Shown: positions 55,837-64,000 of the stretch, piece by piece
Position numbering within the stretch: the stretch's first letter is position 1
Layout of the letters: the number at the start of each line of letters is the position of its first letter
Source: a virus
Taxonomy: Duplodnaviria > Caudoviricetes
DNA: 64,000 nucleotides
IMG/VR virus record: IMGVR_UViG_3300027754_000037
Reading direction: 5' to 3' (one strand)
Position numbers and translations under genes: made by a program
The notes under the pieces: generated by a model
Seen by the model: only the letters and a program-made list of their open reading frames with translations
Database searches by the model: none
What the model was told of the DNA's origin: nothing

Positions 55837-56397
55837 ATGGAAGATTTTAGTGAATGGCTAAGAATTCGTGAAGCTTTTGGTCCATACATCGGACCATGTG
55901 TTGATACTCCCAATTATCAAGTTTGGGGCGCTTGCAGCGATCAAAATACGGATGCAAAAAACAAAAAAATTAGACAAGGAAATGTTGGACACAAGAAATC
56001 AAAATCGGCAAGGCCCTTCAAAGAACAACAGATGCAAATGACGCAACCAGTCATAGCTGATAAGGTTCCACAAAAAGAAAAATGGAGCGCATCTAAGGAT
56101 GATATTTTATCGATGTGGAAAACTCTTCCTCCCAATAATCCGATTGTAGCAAAACCCATCGGCTACGAACATCGTGGCTCAACATATGGTGAAGATGGAA
56201 TAAGAATTACAGGAAGTCCACAATTCATTTCAACTGTTATATCACATCTCAAAGATTTTATGGCTTATGAAACACCGCAAACTAAATTGGCTATTTCTTA
56301 CAGAGAGACAGAATCTCCTAGCAAATTAGCAACGGTTCAAAACAAAAAATCTTTTGTTTTCTACATCGCAGTAAAAGAGCGTGGTGGTCAAGCTTAA
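55837..56397 (+). CDS. Hypothetical protein with capsid-targeting-like N-terminus
   Basis: MEDFSEWLRIRE. Confidence 0.75.
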   Translation: MEDFSEWLRIREAFGPYIGPCVDTPNYQVWGACSDQNTDAKNKKIRQGNVGHKKSKSARPFKEQQMQMTQPVIADKVPQKEKWSASKDDILSMWKTLPPNNPIVAKPIGYEHRGSTYGEDGIRITGSPQFISTVISHLKDFMAYETPQTKLAISYRETESPSKLATVQNKKSFVFYIAVKERGGQA

Positions 56398-56484
56398 AGC
56401 TACCATCGAATTCTTATGGGAAAAATTGCAAGAGTTAACACATCGTGTTAAACTAATCGCTGGCAAGCGACAGTAGGAGTTTTC

Positions 56485-57576
56485 ATGCAACTGACAGAAG
56501 AGCAAAAAAAGGTTATCAAAGACATCCTGCAAAATGTTGACCGTGAACAGGTTACGACTTTCGGAGGGGTTGCTGGAGTTGGCAAAAGCACTATTTGTCG
56601 TGTTTTGATTCAAGCTTTGCAAAACAAAGGTCTGAATTTCGCCTGCGCTGCGTTTACAGGCAAAGCCACTAATGTTCTTCGCAAGAAGGGGATTGAGGCT
56701 ACCACGATTCATTCTTTGATTTATGTGCCTGTCACCAACGAAAAGGAAGAGATATGTTGGATTCGAGCCAGCAGTTGGGATTTATCACAGAAAAATGTAC
56801 AAGGCTTCATTATTGATGAAGCTTCTATGGTTGGCAAAGAGATTCACGAAGACCTGCTATCATTCGGATTGCCGATTATTTATGTTGGCGATCACGGTCA
56901 GTTGGAACCAATCGGTTCAAAGTTTAATCTCATGGAAAATCCCATGTTCAAACTTGAAACCGTTCACAGGAATGCAGGAGAAATAGCGCATTTTGCACAT
57001 CACCTTAGAATGGGCAATTCCGCAAGCTCTTTTCAAACAGGAGAAAAGGTACAAATTCTGAACGAAAGCAACATACAAGACCGGCATCTTGCTGCTGTAG
57101 ATCAAATAATTGTCGCTTTTAATCGCACCCGCAAACAAGTCAATGAGCGTGTTCGCCGTGAAAAAGGCATAGATGCAACTTTTATTGCTCGTGAAGAGAG
57201 AATAATTTGCCTGCGTAACAATAAAAAAATGGGACTTTTCAATGGTATGCAAGCTGTTGTCACACGAGTTGGCAAAAAAGAAAGATTTGATTTTGTTTCT
57301 GATGGAGCGCATTTCTACAACATCAAATACGATCCAGATCAGTTTGGACAAGAAAACAATCAATTTGATTTCAAGCAAGAAGCAAATCCATTTGATTATG
57401 CCTATGCCATCACATGCCACAAAGCACAGGGCGATCAATTTGGCAATGTGATTGTTTTTGAGCAAAAATGCGACAAGTGGGATCACATTCGTTGGAGCTA
57501 TACAGCAGCATCGAGGGCCTGCAATGGATTAATTTGGTTGAAATCAGCCGAATATGTTCCCACCTATCTCAATTGA
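56485..57576 (+). CDS. SF1B helicase (RecD/Dda-like)
   Basis: GVAGVGKST, IIDEASMV, GDHGQLEP, YAITCHKAQG, YTAASRA. Confidence 0.92.
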   Translation: MQLTEEQKKVIKDILQNVDREQVTTFGGVAGVGKSTICRVLIQALQNKGLNFACAAFTGKATNVLRKKGIEATTIHSLIYVPVTNEKEEICWIRASSWDLSQKNVQGFIIDEASMVGKEIHEDLLSFGLPIIYVGDHGQLEPIGSKFNLMENPMFKLETVHRNAGEIAHFAHHLRMGNSASSFQTGEKVQILNESNIQDRHLAAVDQIIVAFNRTRKQVNERVRREKGIDATFIAREERIICLRNNKKMGLFNGMQAVVTRVGKKERFDFVSDGAHFYNIKYDPDQFGQENNQFDFKQEANPFDYAYAITCHKAQGDQFGNVIVFEQKCDKWDHIRWSYTAASRACNGLIWLKSAEYVPTYLN

Positions 57577-58488
57577 TTATTGAGGTGCAATTTCCTGTAC
57601 AATTTCGTCAACTATAATGCTTCTACGCTTAGTCCAATATGCAAGAGCTAAATTCTTAGCATCACTCTCTGATACCAACTCTTTTTCTGAAAACAAACTT
57701 TTTAATTTGTCTTCGTACATCACATTGTCTTGGTTGCTGGTGTAGCTGTTGTTTTTTTGAAGAACATCAAAAATAACAATTTTTTCTAGACTACCAAGCT
57801 CTGCTTTTCTTTTGCTAAATACCGTCGTACCAACCGGAAACAACGGAGTAACGCTCTGGATTTTAACCACAAGTTCCTGTTTTTTTATGGATGTAATGTT
57901 TAGGGGTGTTGTACAACTTGAAGAATTGATAATTTGATTTGCTTCAGTTTCGGTACACAATTCTTTTTCGTTATAGAGGCTTTTTAATTTGTCTTCGTAC
58001 ATCACATTGTCTTGGTTGCTGGTGTAGCTGTTGTTTTTTTGAAGAACATCAAAAATAACAATTTTTTCTAGACTACCAAGCTCTGCTTTTCTTTTGCTAA
58101 ATACCGTCGTACCAACCGGAAACAACGGAGTAACGCTCTGGATTTTAACCACAAGTTCCTGTTTTTTTATGGATGTAATGTTTAGGGGTGTTGTACAACT
58201 TGAAGAATTGATAATTTGATTTGCTTCAGTTTCGGTACACAATTCTTTTTCGTTATAGAGGCTTTTTAATTTGTCTTCGTACATCACATTGTCTTGATAC
58301 TGTGTGTAATTGTTATTGCCAATTAACACTTTGCCTATGATTATTCGTTCTAGAACACATTTTTCTGCCTGTCGCCTAATAAAAGCCGGAGAATCAACGG
58401 CAAATTTGTATTTGTAGCGAACTTTATTATATGCTTTTGCAGCGCCTCTGCAATTCACCACACCGCCACCGTTATAGGAAAGTTTCAT
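57577..58488 (-). CDS. Hypothetical repeat-domain protein containing an exact 94-aa duplication
   Basis: Repeated FPVGTTVF...LEKIVI...MYEDKLKSL..EKEL units. Confidence 0.75.
   Translation of the reverse strand: MKLSYNGGGVVNCRGAAKAYNKVRYKYKFAVDSPAFIRRQAEKCVLERIIIGKVLIGNNNYTQYQDNVMYEDKLKSLYNEKELCTETEANQIINSSSCTTPLNITSIKKQELVVKIQSVTPLFPVGTTVFSKRKAELGSLEKIVIFDVLQKNNSYTSNQDNVMYEDKLKSLYNEKELCTETEANQIINSSSCTTPLNITSIKKQELVVKIQSVTPLFPVGTTVFSKRKAELGSLEKIVIFDVLQKNNSYTSNQDNVMYEDKLKSLFSEKELVSESDAKNLALAYWTKRRSIIVDEIVQEIAPQ
57698..58296. repeat. Perfect 282-nt tandem duplication (about 2.1 copies)
   Basis: Unit starts at 57698, 57980, 58262; no mismatches seen by eye. Confidence 0.92.
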
Positions 58489-58495
58489 TTAGACC

Positions 58496-59011
58496 TCACG
58501 CACTTAGCATCGCAATCATTTTATCAGCCTCTTCCAACTGGTACAACAACCAGCCTTCACGATCTCTATTCAGAAGCGATTTAAGCTCAGACTCCTCAAC
58601 AAACAAAACATTGCTGCCGTTGAACAATTCATACAAAATAACTTTTGTAATGTCGTAATAAAATCCCTGAACGATATATGGTTGTCCGGTAGCAAGGTAA
58701 ACTGTATCTCCCGGCAGGTAGTTTACAAATACTCCCAAATTCTTAGCAACTTCGCTGAGGGCGCTGCCATTTATTACGACTGAACCCGTGCTATCTATAT
58801 TGAAGATTGCTTGTAAATCAGAATTGCCACCAATTTCAACTCCATTTTTGAAAGATATGACTATGCTTTCAGAGTCACCGTTGATGATCACTCCACCTGA
58901 ACTAACAAGGTTTGAAAGCCTTTCGATGAGTGCTTCGCCGTTGGCCTCCACGCCTCCACTCATTTTATTGAGTGGCTGCAAATTCTGCATAATCCATTGA
59001 ATTAATGGCAT
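58496..59011 (-). CDS. Putative virion protein
   Basis: SGGVxxxG repeats; C-terminal YLPGDTVY...EESEL domain resembles the repeat unit of 57577. Confidence 0.6.
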   Translation of the reverse strand: MPLIQWIMQNLQPLNKMSGGVEANGEALIERLSNLVSSGGVIINGDSESIVISFKNGVEIGGNSDLQAIFNIDSTGSVVINGSALSEVAKNLGVFVNYLPGDTVYLATGQPYIVQGFYYDITKVILYELFNGSNVLFVEESELKSLLNRDREGWLLYQLEEADKMIAMLSA

Positions 59012-59123
59012 AACATCCTTTTTGAATTTGATTCAGCTATATGTATAAATCTTTTTTGCAGTCATATTTTTAAGATCAATCTACACTTCTTTATTGGATA
59101 CAGTCAAAGACGAGGCGTAAGTC

Positions 59124-59927
59124 ATGAATTTGTTGAAAAAATGTCGATATGGAATGATGGTTTACAACAATTCTGACATTTACATAGGAAAATCGATTGA
59201 AAACTATGGAGAATTCAGCGAATACGAGGTCAGGCTTTTCCGTGAATGTTTGCCAGCAGGTGCTGTTGTGGCTGATATCGGGGCAAATATAGGCTGTCAC
59301 ACTTTGGCTTTTTCAAGGATTGTAGGAGAAACAGGTTTTGTTTTTGCATACGAACCAGAGCGTTACAATTTCTATACCCTGTGTGCAAATTTAGCAATTA
59401 ACAATCTAAGAAATGTCCATGCTTTTCACAAAGCTCTTGGTTGCTCCGTGGGAAGAATAGCGGTCCCTGAATTAGATTTTGAAAGAACTTTCAACTTCGG
59501 AGGATTAAGTCTGGATTCCGATTACACAAATTGTCCGCACTACGATGTTGAAATTTCAACCTTGGATGAATGTAAATTCAAGTCCTTGCACTTCGTGAAA
59601 GTTGATGTTGAAGGCATGGAAAAGGCTGTGTTAGATGGAGGATCAGAAACCATAGAAAAATTAAAACCAATTTTATATGTAGAAAATGACAGACAAGAAA
59701 AAAGCGAAGAGTTACTCAGAAAAATTAAATCTTTAAATTATGTCATATATGAACATCAAACTCCCCTCTACAATTTCGACAATTATTATGAAAAAAAAGA
59801 AAATTTATTCCTTACACTACACGGAGAAAGAATGCTGCACCTTGTTTCGTCAAATTTATTTTGTCACCATATTGATAAGCCTTGTTTAATCAATATTGCT
59901 GCACATCAGATGAAATTAGTGAATTGA
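59124..59927 (+). CDS. FkbM-family methyltransferase
   Basis: VADIGANIGCHT, YEP, VKVDVEGME, YVEN. Confidence 0.92.
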   Translation: MNLLKKCRYGMMVYNNSDIYIGKSIENYGEFSEYEVRLFRECLPAGAVVADIGANIGCHTLAFSRIVGETGFVFAYEPERYNFYTLCANLAINNLRNVHAFHKALGCSVGRIAVPELDFERTFNFGGLSLDSDYTNCPHYDVEISTLDECKFKSLHFVKVDVEGMEKAVLDGGSETIEKLKPILYVENDRQEKSEELLRKIKSLNYVIYEHQTPLYNFDNYYEKKENLFLTLHGERMLHLVSSNLFCHHIDKPCLINIAAHQMKLVN

Positions 59928-61257
59928 CATCCGAAAACAAATCGTCCCAACTGGTTTTTTTTCTGAATAACTTTGCAGAAGGATACCAAACTGTCTGATC
60001 GGATTCCAAACTCCATCTCCAGTCATTTTCCTGAGGCAAAACAATCCAAACTTTTTTACCTGAAGCTCCGCACAAATGTGCCAATCCTGTATCGACTGTA
60101 ATTACCAAATCTAAATCTTCAATGCATTCCAAAAGTTGTCGAAAATCACTCGTGTTTTCAGTCAAATTTGTAATTTTAAACTGTTGAATTCCTTCATTTA
60201 AATTTATTTCTTTGCCATTCCATTTTCTGATTGTCGGAGAGTTAACCATTAATGAAAAATATTCATAATTCTGATTTTCAAGTAAGGGTTTCCAATGTTT
60301 TATTGGAATTGATCTCATGCAATCTTTAGGGTGATTGGGATTTCCTGCCCAACATATACCAATTTTATTGATTGTTTGATTGACTTTTTTGGATTGAATA
60401 TATGGACCATTTGGAATTTGATCATCCGCATAAATTTTCAGCAGTCTTGGCAAACTACAAATTGAAATACAGTAGTCAGAATCAACTGTTCCTTCAAGAT
60501 TGTCGTCTCTACCAATAACTTCATCTACAGCAAAATTTTGCTTGATAAGTTCTACGAGAGGTTTTTGTACTTCAATTTTGATTTTGCCAACAAGATTTTT
60601 TATAAACGGTAAAAACCTTGCAAAAAAAATAAAATCACCAAGTCCTTGTTCGCTATAGATAAGCAGAGTTTTTTGATGTATGTCTGATCCATCCCATTCA
60701 GGCTGTTTGAACCTTTCTTTACATTTTTTACTCAACTTTCCTTCCAAAAATCTATTTTCGTACAAATCCCAACCTTTTTGATAATTTTTGGTAGCCAAAT
60801 ACGACAAACCTAAATTGTAGGCAGCACTAGAACCATCTGGTTTCATTTTCAGGGCTGATTCAAACATTTGAATCGCATGGGCGTGATTACCCATTAATGA
60901 GCATACAACTCCCGTATTGTAAAAAGGTAAATGACTAATACCATCTGAGTATTTGATTGATTTAAGACCAGCCTCTAATCCTGACTTATAAAAGTATAAC
61001 TTTGTATAAATGTGACATAAGTTGCACCAAGAAATCCAATCCACCGGAAATATTTTGAGGGCCATACGAAAATAATACGCAGCCTTATCCAATTGATTTG
61101 TTTTTCCTGCGAAAAGCAAACCTAAATTCACAAGTGTTTCATAAGCAGATTTTTCTGCAACATAAATAGCTTCCGACAATCTGTTTTGATTTGCCAAAGC
61201 ATCTTGTTCAATTCTTTGTCGCCAGAAAAATTCGTCTGAATTAAACATAATTTCCAA
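59890..61257 (-). CDS. TPR-repeat glycosyltransferase (GT9-like C-terminus), second copy
   Basis: EQGLGDFIFFARF, IGICWAGNP.HPKD..RS, LDLVITVDTGLAHLCGA, WRW. Confidence 0.88.
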   Translation of the reverse strand: MEIMFNSDEFFWRQRIEQDALANQNRLSEAIYVAEKSAYETLVNLGLLFAGKTNQLDKAAYYFRMALKIFPVDWISWCNLCHIYTKLYFYKSGLEAGLKSIKYSDGISHLPFYNTGVVCSLMGNHAHAIQMFESALKMKPDGSSAAYNLGLSYLATKNYQKGWDLYENRFLEGKLSKKCKERFKQPEWDGSDIHQKTLLIYSEQGLGDFIFFARFLPFIKNLVGKIKIEVQKPLVELIKQNFAVDEVIGRDDNLEGTVDSDYCISICSLPRLLKIYADDQIPNGPYIQSKKVNQTINKIGICWAGNPNHPKDCMRSIPIKHWKPLLENQNYEYFSLMVNSPTIRKWNGKEINLNEGIQQFKITNLTENTSDFRQLLECIEDLDLVITVDTGLAHLCGASGKKVWIVLPQENDWRWSLESDQTVWYPSAKLFRKKTSWDDLFSDVNSLISSDVQQY

Positions 61258-61367
61258 TGCTTTAGGTAACTACATAAGCAGTTGAGAAAGAGTTAGATTA
61301 ATTCGGGCAGAATATAGAAAAAAATATATATAAATTAGTTGCGAAAATTGCGTAAGGAGTAACGAGC

Positions 61368-61982
61368 ATGAGTGATGTGCAGACTCAGCTTCCAGTAAAG
61401 CTGACAGATAATACTTACACAGTAGGCATTACATCTGGAAATGCCCTAATAGTGGATGGTTCTGGCGTAACTCAACCCGTAAGCGGAACTGTAACTGCCA
61501 CACCTAATGGAACATTTACCGTTGACGGAACTGTCACAGTAGGCAATTTTCCGGCGACTCAAACTATTGCAGGAACTGTTACAGCAGAGCCCTCTGGCAC
61601 ATACACGGTCATAGGCGCTGGAACTGCTGGCACTCCAAATAGTGGCATTGTTACTGTTCAGGGTGTAAGTGGTGCGACACCGCTCCCGGTCGAATTAAAC
61701 AACAATTCATTCAAGAGAAGAGGCATAAAAAGCTTTTCGCAGGTATCTGCTGGTAATTCAGCAATACAAGTTGTTGCGACAAATTCTAGTAGAGCTTCTC
61801 TTTTAATTTTTAATGCAGGTACAGAGACTGTTTTTTTGGGGAAAACAAGTGCTGTAACTACCGCAGACGGGATACCTTTATATCCTTTGTCTAACTTGGA
61901 GGACACAGATAGTTATGACTCATGGTATGCGATCACGGCCTCAATCACAACAGATTTAAGAATTGTCGAAACAGCAATATAA
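61368..61982 (+). CDS. Putative tail-fibre-associated virion protein
   Basis: VDGSGVTQPVSGTV-type T/V/G repeats; C-terminal RASLLIFNAG..VFLG domain; SD GGAG. Confidence 0.65.
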   Translation: MSDVQTQLPVKLTDNTYTVGITSGNALIVDGSGVTQPVSGTVTATPNGTFTVDGTVTVGNFPATQTIAGTVTAEPSGTYTVIGAGTAGTPNSGIVTVQGVSGATPLPVELNNNSFKRRGIKSFSQVSAGNSAIQVVATNSSRASLLIFNAGTETVFLGKTSAVTTADGIPLYPLSNLEDTDSYDSWYAITASITTDLRIVETAI

Positions 61983-61995
61983 TTGAGAAATAAAT

Positions 61996-64000
61996 ATGCT
62001 AATAAATCAGGCAGGTTATCAAGGATTTCAAGGTAACCAAGGTGAACAAGGATTTCAAGGATATCAAGGACTAGAGGGCTCTCAAGGCGCTCAAGGCGCT
62101 CAAGGCGCTCAAGGTGCGCAAGGATTTCAAGGTCCAACTGGCGTTCAGGGTGCTCAAGGTGCTCAGGGATTCCAAGGTAATCAAGGTGAACAAGGCGAGC
62201 AAGGATATCAAGGTCCAACTGGTGCTCAGGGTGCACAAGGTGCTCAGGGTGCACAAGGCGCTCAGGGTGCTCAAGGCGCACAAGGTGCTCAAGGCGCACA
62301 AGGATATCAGGGTCCAACTGGTGCTCAAGGAGCTCAAGGCGCTCAAGGTGCTCAAGGAGCTCAAGGCGCTCAGGGATTCCAAGGCAATCAAGGCGAGCAA
62401 GGATATCAAGGTCCAACTGGTGCTCAGGGTGCTCAAGGAGCCCAAGGCGCTCAGGGATTCCAAGGGAATCAAGGCGAGCAAGGATATCAAGGTCCAACTG
62501 GCGCTCAGGGCGCACAAGGCGCACAAGGCGCTCAGGGTGCTCAAGGTGCTCAAGGCGCACAAGGCGCTCAGGGCGCTCAGGGTGCTCAAGGTGCTCAAGG
62601 CGCACAAGGCGCTCAGGGCGCTCAAGGTGCTCAAGGTGCTCAAGGTGCTCAAGGTGCTCAAGGTGCTCAAGGTGCTCAAGGTGCTCAAGGTGCTCAAGGT
62701 GCTCAAGGTGCTCAAGGTGCTCAAGGATTCCAAGGCGAACAAGGCGAGCAAGGATATCAAGGTCCAACTGGCGCACAAGGTGCACAAGGCGCTCAGGGTG
62801 CTCAGGGTGCTCAGGGTGCTCAGGGTGCTCAGGGTGCTCAGGGTGCTCAAGGTGCTCAAGGTGCTCAGGGTGCTCAAGGTGCTCAAGGTGCTCAAGGTGC
62901 TCAAGGCAATCAAGGCGAGCAAGGATATCAAGGTCCAACTGGCGCTCAGGGTGCTCAGGGTGCTCAGGGTGCTCAGGGTGCTCAGGGTGCACAAGGTGCA
63001 CAAGGTGCACAAGGTGCACAAGGTGCACAAGGTGCTCAAGGATTCCAAGGCAATCAAGGTGAACAAGGCGAGCAAGGATATCAAGGTCCAACTGGTGCAC
63101 AAGGCGCTCAGGGTGCTCAAGGAGCTCAAGGAGCTCAAGGAGCTCAAGGCGCTCAGGGATTCCAAGGCAATCAAGGTGAACAAGGCGAGCAAGGATATCA
63201 AGGTCCAACTGGCGCTCAGGGTGCTCAGGGTGCTCAGGGTGCTCAGGGTGCTCAGGGTGCTCAGGGTGCTCAGGGTGCTCAAGGAGCTCAGGGATTCCAA
63301 GGCAATCAAGGCGAACAAGGCGAGCAAGGATATCAAGGTCCAATTGGCGCACAAGGCGCTCAGGGCGCACAAGGTGCACAAGGTGCTCAAGGATTCCAAG
63401 GCAATCAAGGTGAACAAGGCGAGCAAGGATATCAAGGTCCAACTGGCGCACAAGGTGCTCAAGGTGCACAAGGCGCTCAGGGTGCTCAGGGTGCTCAGGG
63501 TGCTCAAGGAGCTCAGGGATTCCAAGGCAATCAAGGCGAACAAGGCGAGCAAGGATATCAAGGTCCAACTGGCGCTCAGGGTGCTCAGGGTGCTCAAGGT
63601 GCTCAGGGTGCTCAAGGTGCTCAAGGATTCCAAGGCAATCAAGGCGAACAAGGCGAGCAAGGATATCAAGGTCCAACTGGCGCTCAGGGTGCTCAGGGTG
63701 CTCAAGGTGCACAAGGTGCTCAAGGATTCCAAGGCAATCAAGGTGAACAAGGCGAGCAAGGATATCAAGGTCCAACTGGCGCACAAGGTGCTCAGGGTGC
63801 TCAGGGTGCTCAGGGTGCTCAGGGTGCTCAAGGAGCTCAGGGTGCTCAGGGTGCTCAAGGAGCTCAGGGATTCCAAGGCGAACAAGGCGAGCAAGGATAT
63901 CAAGGTCCAATTGGCGCACAAGGCGCTCAGGGCGCACAAGGTGCACAAGGTGCTCAAGGATTCCAAGGCAATCAAGGTGAACAAGGCGAGCAAGGATATC
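61996..64000 (+). CDS. Collagen-like (Gly-X-Gln) fibre protein, 3' truncated (>=668 aa)
   Basis: ATG 61996, [18 protein letters not shown]...; Gly every third codon to the window end; absent from the ORF track (no stop). Confidence 0.92.
   Translation, partial: MLINQAGYQGFQGNQGEQGFQGYQGLEGSQGAQGAQGAQGAQGFQGPTGVQGAQGAQGFQGNQGEQGEQGYQGPTGAQGAQGAQGAQGAQGAQGAQGAQGAQGYQGPTGAQGAQGAQGAQGAQGAQGFQGNQGEQGYQGPTGAQGAQGAQGAQGFQGNQGEQGYQGPTGAQGAQGAQGAQGAQGAQGAQGAQGAQGAQGAQGAQGAQGAQGAQGAQGAQGAQGAQGAQGAQGAQGAQGAQGAQGFQGEQGEQGYQGPTGAQGAQGAQGAQGAQGAQGAQGAQGAQGAQGAQGAQGAQGAQGAQGNQGEQGYQGPTGAQGAQGAQGAQGAQGAQGAQGAQGAQGAQGAQGFQGNQGEQGEQGYQGPTGAQGAQGAQGAQGAQGAQGAQGFQGNQGEQGEQGYQGPTGAQGAQGAQGAQGAQGAQGAQGAQGAQGFQGNQGEQGEQGYQGPIGAQGAQGAQGAQGAQGFQGNQGEQGEQGYQGPTGAQGAQGAQGAQGAQGAQGAQGAQGFQGNQGEQGEQGYQGPTGAQGAQGAQGAQGAQGAQGFQGNQGEQGEQGYQGPTGAQGAQGAQGAQGAQGFQGNQGEQGEQGYQGPTGAQGAQGAQGAQGAQGAQGAQGAQGAQGAQGFQGEQGEQGYQGPIGAQGAQGAQGAQGAQGFQGNQGEQGEQGY
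62014..64000. repeat. 9-nt tandem repeat array (GGTGCTCAA variants) with higher-order module
   Basis: (GAQ)n runs punctuated about 15 times by [18 protein letters not shown] or truncated variants. Confidence 0.95.

Noticed and set aside
57698-58296. 282-nt repeat as a diversity-generating retroelement TR/VR pair
   Set aside because: Copies are tandem and identical with no adenine-specific mismatches; no reverse transcriptase in the window.
61913-63993. Long minus-strand ORFs (677 aa HPE/HLE-rich and 640 aa LST-rich)
   Set aside because: Shadow frames of the stop-free 9-nt collagen repeat; the plus-strand Gly-X-Gln frame has a proper start and context.
62014-64000. Repeat array as CRISPR
   Set aside because: Spacers between modules are themselves GAQ repeats, the array is in-frame coding, and no cas genes are seen.
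1-64000. Stop-codon reassignment (TAG or TGA), common in large phages
   Set aside because: Conserved genes are full length in the standard code, and TAG/TGA end genes where expected (15320, 43051, 10516, 7291).

Overview
AT-rich, densely coding segment of a large T4-like (myovirus, contractile-tail) bacteriophage genome, read in the standard genetic code. It contains a neck/tail module (gp13-, two gp14-, gp15-like proteins, tail sheath, two tail tubes, gp26-like hub/chaperone, and a collagen-like fibre that runs off the right edge), a gp55-like late sigma factor, nucleotide-metabolism genes (nrdA, nrdB, pyrG, HAD nucleotidase, Nudix), recombination genes (SbcC/SbcD-like gp46/47, RecD/Dda-like helicase, Holliday-junction resolvase, Prim-Pol domain) and many accessory enzymes (two sulfotransferases, FkbM methyltransferase, three TPR-glycosyltransferases, subtilase, C39 peptidase, AAA+/VWA-metallopeptidase pair, COOH-NH2 ligase, class II glutamine amidotransferase, an orphan McsA). 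The strongest non-obvious signals I see are: (1) a probable programmed -1 frameshift at the end of the gp26-like gene, (2) a T4-like late promoter box placed 4-5 nt before ATG at eight genes, implying leaderless late mRNAs, (3) about 17 unrelated proteins sharing a T4 capsid-targeting-like N-terminus, several of them enzymes and one with sigma-70-like motifs, (4) an AUU start codon that restores the catalytic Cys of the amidotransferase, and (5) a stand-alone McsA. All family calls are by manual motif recognition; no database search was run. No tRNA, rRNA or CRISPR array was recognised.
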